DNA of 64,000 nucleotides from Eledone cirrhosa (taxonomy: Eukaryota): assembly GCA_964016885.1 (NCBI GenBank), contig OZ024743.1:370760001-370824000 (forward strand), in the 5' to 3' direction. Both the position numbers and the translations under genes were made by a program. Shown piece after piece: positions 57,814-64,000 of the stretch. The first letter of the stretch is position 1. Each line of letters starts with the position of its first letter. The notes under the pieces are model-generated. The model was not told the DNA's origin. It did not search any database and saw only the letters and a list, made by a program, of their open reading frames with translations.

Positions 57814-58090
57814 ATATAAAGAGTGGTGTGCTCATGCACGGAGATGCTATAAAATAGGGTGAAGACCCTTAAAGACAGAAAAAGAAATTATCAGTTGCTA
57901 TGAGGAATTGAACCTCGTATCTCTTAGACATCGGCTAGTTGCTTTGAACTATTAAGTATCTGGGAGATATGAGGTTTAATTCCTCATAACGGTTGATCAC
58001 AACTTCTTTTTTTTTTGTCTTTAAGAGTCTTCCCCAGATTTTATAAGCTATTTTATAGCATCTCTGTGCATGAGCACACCACTTTTTATA
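57814..58090. repeat. Fold-back element with ~110-bp imperfect inverted arms
   Basis: GTGGTGTGCTCATGCACGGAGATGCTATAAAATAG pairs with CTATTTTATAGCATCTCTGTGCATGAGCACACCAC, and inner ATGAGGAATTGAACCTCGTATCTC pairs with GAGATATGAGGTTTAATTCCTCAT. Confidence 0.88.
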
Positions 58091-58884
58091 TTAACTGTTA
58101 TCTATAATTTGAAATAAATTAAAAAAATGTTCTACACAAGAAGTTATTTATTTAATTCTATTCATCAAAATTCAAAAATTAACAATTAATTTTATAACTA
58201 TTTACTGTATTTCCTAAGCATTAATATAGACAGACCTATTGTATGAACTGTTTTCAAATATTACTAACTTATAATTTCTAAACAATTGATACTTTTGACT
58301 TTTATTTTCTATTATGAATCAAATCTAAATCAAAACCTGGAGCTTAGATTCTTCAGAGCAATAATAGAGTGTGTTGCAAAGTTGGACAGTGACTACATAA
58401 GATTGTTATGAGCAGTACTCAACACATAATGGAGGGAACATAAAACCAATGCTAAATTTATGGCAATCTATCACCAATAACAACTATGTTGCAACAACGA
58501 AGACTGTTAGAGAAGCAAAGATGAGGTAATGTATTAGTTAGTGCTACAGAAACCTACTCATGGCAAAAGATCTAGAGGAAGACCTCACTTTACATACATC
58601 AACTAACTGGAACAGAACACTGAAAAAGAATGGGAGAATCTATCTGCTACTTGGATGCTCCCAGCAAGTGACCTTCAGTGACTACTGGAGGTCACTTGTT
58701 AGGAGCATCCAAGTTCACTAGAGCCAACAAATAGATAGATATTATTCTATTTTTTTTAAATTACATTCCTTTAATATATCTAATCATGTACTTTTATTTT
58801 ATTTCTAATATATCTTATTCAGTAGATATTGTATAGATGTTTTAAGCTTTCACATTCTAGTATTTTTTTTTCCTTCCTTTTTCA

Positions 58885-60830
58885 TATCATCATGGTTTTT
58901 ATGCCTGTTTTTCCATGCTTGCATGGGTTGGACAGGTCCTTCTCAGCAAAGCATCTCTCCGCAGGTCGTGATTCTTTGTCATAGCCTCTGTGAGTTTCAG
59001 TGAATTGAGGTCAGCTCTCACATCTGCCAGGTCTTTCTTGGTCTACCTCTACCACAACTTCCTTCCACTGGCATTTCCTGGCACTTCTTCACCCAATGAT
59101 TATTGTCCATGCGTATCACATGTCCATACCAACGCAGTCTTCTCTCCTGCACACTACCTCGAATTACTCTTAAACCCAGCTTCTCCTTCAACTCGTCCAA
59201 GCTCTGCCTCTCACTCACACTTACATTGCACATCTAATGAAGCATGGTTGCTTCATTTCTCTCCCACCTATGCATGTCCTCCGCAGTCACAGCCCATGTT
59301 TCACTACCATGCAGCATCATACTTTGCACACAGGTCTCATACAGTCATCCTTTTGTGATCAATAGTGGGAGTAGCTCTCTAAACTTTCTCCATCCTATCC
59401 TTATTCTAGCTCTTATGCTCTCAGAGCAACCCCTGCCATTGCAATTATGTTACCTAGATAGCAGAAACTATGGGTCCTTACTGTGACTGGAATAGGCTTA
59501 CATTACTGGTTATCTTCCCCTTGGTTATCCCCTTGCATCCTCTATAAACAAAGTCTTCTCTTCCTGTTAGATTTTTGTTATCCCACTACATATCTTGTGT
59601 AGTCAAGATTTACATTGTGTACATCATATGGAGTTTATGCTTATTCCCTTTCTACATATGGAACAGGGCCACTTCCCCAAAGGAATTAGGGTCCTATCTT
59701 CTCTCCTACTCACTAGCACTTTAGTTTTGGTTAAGTTTACTTTTAGGCCTTTTGATTCTAAATTTTGTTTCTATAATCGGAACTTATTTTCTAGGTCTTT
59801 AATGGATTTGGCTATAAGGACCAGATTATCTGCATAGAGAAGTTCCCATGGACAGCCAGTCTTAAATTCCTGTTATAGTTTGAAAGACTATAATGTATAG
59901 TAGTGGGTTAAAAACTTAACCTTGATGAACTACTTGTACCTTGAATTCCTCACTAAACTCATTTCCTACTCCCACTTTGCAGACAGCTTCTCTGTACATG
60001 ACTTACACTGCTCTCACCAACCATTCTTCTATGCCTAATTCCCTTAAGGACCATCAGATAATAGATTGGGGTACTCTGTAAAATGCTTTTTCTAGATAAG
60101 CGAAAGCTAGGTGTAGTGGCTTATTTTGGGGTAAGACCTTCTCTTGTAGTTGCCTCACTAAAAAAAGGGCATCTGTAGTTCTTTTCCCAGTCATGAAACC
60201 AAACTCATCTAATTTGACTCTTTCTCTAATTAGTTGCAACTCTTTCCATCACTTTTATGATTGGTCCATTAGTTTTATACCTCTATAGTTGCTCATTTCT
60301 AGAGCTTCACCTTGGCCCTTGCAGCAATTTATGATTGTATTGCTGCGCCAGTCATTGGGTATGACACTGTCCTGTATTACTTGATTTACTATATGGGTTA
60401 CTAGTTTGACTCCTACTTATCCTGATGCTTTTAGCATCTCAGCAGTTATCTCTGATGGTCCTGCACCTTTACCATTTTTCATCTCTTTGATTGCTTCTTT
60501 AACCCTATAACTATCAACTTCAATGGCTGGCCCTTCTGCATTAGTAGTGCTATTTACACCGGTGTCATTTCTAACACACTTTTCTCCAACAACATCATGA
60601 TTCACACTAACACACTGCCTTGCAATGCAGAACACTTCATGTCTCTGATCTTCATGTCTCAGGACATGAACTTTCTTTCTTCAGCCTCTCTCTAAGCTGT
60701 GTATATTTATCACCTAGCTTCTGGTACTGGTCTCTGCTAACCCCATTTTTCTAGTCTTTACAATCCTGTCTCTTGGCTTTGCAGGATCAGGCAATCTACT
60801 GAGCTGTTCCACTACCAGGTCATCCTCATA
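58885..60830 (-). mobile_element. Older degenerate RTE LINE
   Basis: Fragments ERRLRWYGHVIRM, TTDALFLVRQLQEK and GKGAGPSEITAEMLKA. Boundaries approximate. Confidence 0.88.
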
Positions 60831-61529
60831 GGTAAATATAATAATATTGTTAGTTATTTAAAACATACTGTCTTTGTTAACAGATAAAAAAAAAGTAGTG
60901 GTGCATTGTTTATCATATATCATGCTGTTCTTCTGACTATAAGGATGCCATTATATAGAAATTGCTTCATTGATAATTTTTATCTATCCTGAACACACAA
61001 AAATGAAACTAGGCATAGGTGGGATCAAATGCTGTGTGGTCACATGATGCACATGAAGGATGACAGCTGCTTAAAGAGATACAAGGCTTTAAAGGTTGCA
61101 GGATGCCCCAAAAGAGGAAAAACCAGGAAGATGTGAAATGAAACAATAAAGGCAGACCTGATTCAACTAAATCTCCCAATGAAGATGACACACGACCACA
61201 ACCAAGCCCTCTGGTGCTACAACGTTTGACAAAAACCCGTGTGGACAACTCAACTCAGATCAAAATGGCACCACCCAGACCCAGCCAATAAGGGAGCATC
61301 TATGCTGTCAATTAACTGCTAGAAATAGCAGCCAATGTAGAGCTACTTTAACATACATCCTTTAGTCTTAAAAAAGGGAAAACAGGTTGGGCAATGTAAT
61401 TGTAAATATATAAAAAGATGGAATATTCACAGAATTGGTAGGTCTATTGGATCAGGGTTGACCTAGGGTTATTCAACTTCAACAACATTAGAAATAATAG
61501 TATAATATCAAAATTACCAACATCAATAA

Positions 61530-61745
61530 AGGTTTCTAATTTAGGCACAAGGCCAAGAATTTTTGGGGAGGGGAAAAGTGATTAAATCAACCCCAGTGCA
61601 TTATGGTACTTTATTTCATTGACTCACAAGGATAAAAGGCAAAGCTAACCTTAGAGGGATTTGAACTCTGAATGTAAAAGGACGTAACTATATGCCACAA
61701 AACATGTTGTCCAGCACTCTACCAATACTGCCAAACCACTGCCCT
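61530..61745 (-). mobile_element. Older SINE family A copy
   Basis: Diverged homolog with B-box (GGATTTGAACTC on +). Confidence 0.7.
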
Positions 61746-62478
61746 TCTCCATCAATATTAGCATCATTAACACACAGCAGTGGCAAAAAACTAGCTTTTT
61801 GTGAAAATCCTCATGAGAAGAAAAATTAAACATTTTTTTAAAAGTTTAAGTATATGAAATAATCTATTAAGAATACAATTTACAAAATGGACAAAAAGAA
61901 AGAGAAAAAAAAGAAATGAAACCAAGGGAATAGGGAGGGCGGGAGGAAACTCCACATCTGGTCAGTATATCTTAGTTGCTGCTCTCCATGGGCAAGATGG
62001 CGAAAATATTGATGCAGAATAGCCAACAATATCCGCCACTTGGCAGGGCTCTTTCCTTAGATATGATGCCCTCATCCATATTTGGCAGAAAAGATGAAAT
62101 TTCGGGGACCAAAGACATTGGAGGTTTCAATGGCCACTAGCACAAAAAAGAAACACTCAGTTAATGCCTGGTATTTAGTAATCTACTGCACTTCTGTGGC
62201 AATGTGGGAATCAAGGACACTGGTGGTCTCAATGGATACTTGCTCAAAAGGAAATGATCAGCCAAAGCCTGATATTGAGTCATCTTCTGCTCCTGTGACA
62301 GTTTGAGGACCAAGGACACTATAGGACTCAATGCCTCAATGGGGACTGCCACCAAAAGGAAACAGCCATCAATGTCCTGTATTTAGACTATGATTAAACT
62401 ATCTGCAAAAACCAAGAGGAAGAAGAAGAGATGGATAAAGAAGTTGATAAAGCCTGACTTTGGGTAAAATTGAAATAC

Positions 62479-62633
62479 CTCATAATCTTTATTGATGTTG
62501 GTCAATACCCATTTACTGTTTGGTACATCCATACGGTCATACTCCATTCGGAAATTGAACATTTCCCATCCATGGTTCTGTGGCATGCCTTCATTAATTT
62601 TAAATTGGAATGCATACAATTCTTCCAGACTAC
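62479..62633 (-). CDS. MTMR6: Myotubularin-related phosphatase (MTMR6/7/8 group), first exon visible in window
   Basis: Encodes SLEELYAFQFKINEGMPQNHGWEMFNFRMEYDRMDVPNSKWVLTNINKDYE, resembling the MTMR6 segment after PH-GRAM. Acceptor TTCAG, donor GTATTT, 155 nt. Confidence 0.9.
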
Positions 62634-63189
62634 CTGAAGAAGGACAATTTAAAAAAAATACATATATATATATATAAATCAAAAAGTGGTGTTCAATTCA
62701 ATAAAGAGATAGAACAGAAAATGGAACTGCAAATAACATTGATAATAATAGATAATGTTGATTAATGTTTTTGAACCACCATCTGCAATAACCCTTGTTC
62801 TATGATACAACATTGCTCATTTTAAAAAGCCTTCCATAATAATATTATGTAAGAATTTTTGTGAAGTTAGCTATATTACAAAATCCCTCCAAATTCTTGA
62901 TTATTTTCAAAATTATTGGAAAATCATAGGCATTAGGGAACTGAGCCAGCCTCACCTTCATGCAGTTGTCTCCAAGAAAAGCATTTGTTACAATGTTTTG
63001 CTAACGAGGCTCTCTGTATGAAAATATATGTTGATGAAGGATAATATACATACACACACATATAAATGGCATAACTGTTCATTAACTATTTGCTGATCAC
63101 CAGACATGATGTTGCATGAAAAGGAGAAAGAAATAGTGGAGAAATAATAAAATGAACAAAAGAAAATGAAAGTTAAATAGAAAAAGAAA

Positions 63190-63630
63190 GAAGGTGATGA
63201 CAACATACAGAACCTTACATCCACAGACAAGTGTTGACAGGCTATATTTCAACTGAAAACAGGGAAGACATGGGTTGATAAGTATAGAAAACAGTGTGAG
63301 GATAGATTTAGAGAACCTGAAGAAGTATGTTGCTGATAGGGAAGAGGTGTTCTTGATAGCAGTACAAGGAGAAGAGATGTGAAGAGAAGGAAAAAGTGAA
63401 GTCCTCAAAATGAATAAGCAACAATCACATTAAGATGAAAAGTCACTACAGTGTCTAAGAAAGAGAGGTCAGAGGAGATTAAGAGTCATGCAGGATCAGG
63501 CAATCAGAACAAGATATAAGAGAAAGAATATAGATAAAGAAAATATCCTGGTTGCACATAGAACATGCAATGAAAAAAGAAAAGACACTGATGCATGTGG
63601 TTTCTGAATGTAAGATGTTTGCATGTGGTA
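63190..63630 (+). mobile_element. Degenerate R4/Dong-like LINE fragment
   Basis: Manual translation gives LHPQTSVDRLYFN*KQGRHGLISIENSV, QDQAIRT and TLMHVVSEC (CCHC remnant). Confidence 0.65.
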
Positions 63631-63776
63631 TTAATCAGGTTTTCCATCTGTGTTGCATTTATGCAAGTCCTTTCGGTGTATGTCTCATTGTCGCTGAGAT
63701 GTTCATATGCCAAGTTATTATTTATCTATTTTTTAAACCACAGTTGATCTTGGTGGGATTTGAACACATAACATGA

Positions 63777-63881
63777 AGCAGAGATCATCATCACCCTCAA
63801 CAACAAGAATAAAGCACAGATCATCATCACCATTAACAAGAATAAAGCACAGATCACCATCACCATCAACAACAATAATAA
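63777..63881. repeat. Short ~33-38-bp tandem repeat, 3 copies
   Basis: AGCACAGATCA(T/C)CATCACC..AACAAGAATAA repeated. Confidence 0.7.
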
Positions 63882-64000
63882 AGAGTGCTTGACAATAGTT
63901 ATGTAGATTGTGCAGGCTTTACCATATGGTAGTGATAGTATATTCCTTATTTGTTATATTTATTTTATATTTGGAAAGAAAATATAATTTAAAAGAAAGG

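Noticed and set aside
61930-62390. GC-richer patch with short ORFs
   Set aside because: No recognisable motif, and no exon is needed here to keep the gene's frame. Probably an old repeat that I cannot classify.

Overview
AT-rich, repeat-dense eukaryotic DNA. The (TA)n tracts, RTE LINEs with (GAT)n tails and tRNA-SINEs suggest a mollusc, probably an octopus-like cephalopod; this is inference only. One host gene spans nearly the whole window on the minus strand: a myotubularin-related phosphatase of the MTMR6/7/8 group. I traced 11 GT-AG exons (62633 to 3090, 1910 coding nt) with consistent phases, an intact HCSDGWDRT active site, and a C-terminal divergent FYVE finger. Its 5' exons lie beyond base 64000. 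The FYVE domain is split by a 21.2-kb last intron filled with a 22-bp minisatellite (about 19 kb, with higher-order duplications) and a dead hAT/Buster transposon. The 13.4-kb intron at 26819-40196 is a pile-up of Penelope-like retroelements, fold-back repeats and non-autonomous elements. Reading it by eye I found seven type-I hammerhead ribozyme(-like) motifs. Three are on the host gene's sense strand, and two of those are near-perfect. Other introns hold RTE, R4/Dong-like and CR1-like LINE remnants, piggyBac remnants, SINEs and many long hairpins. All calls come from manual reading; no searches or folding programs were run.
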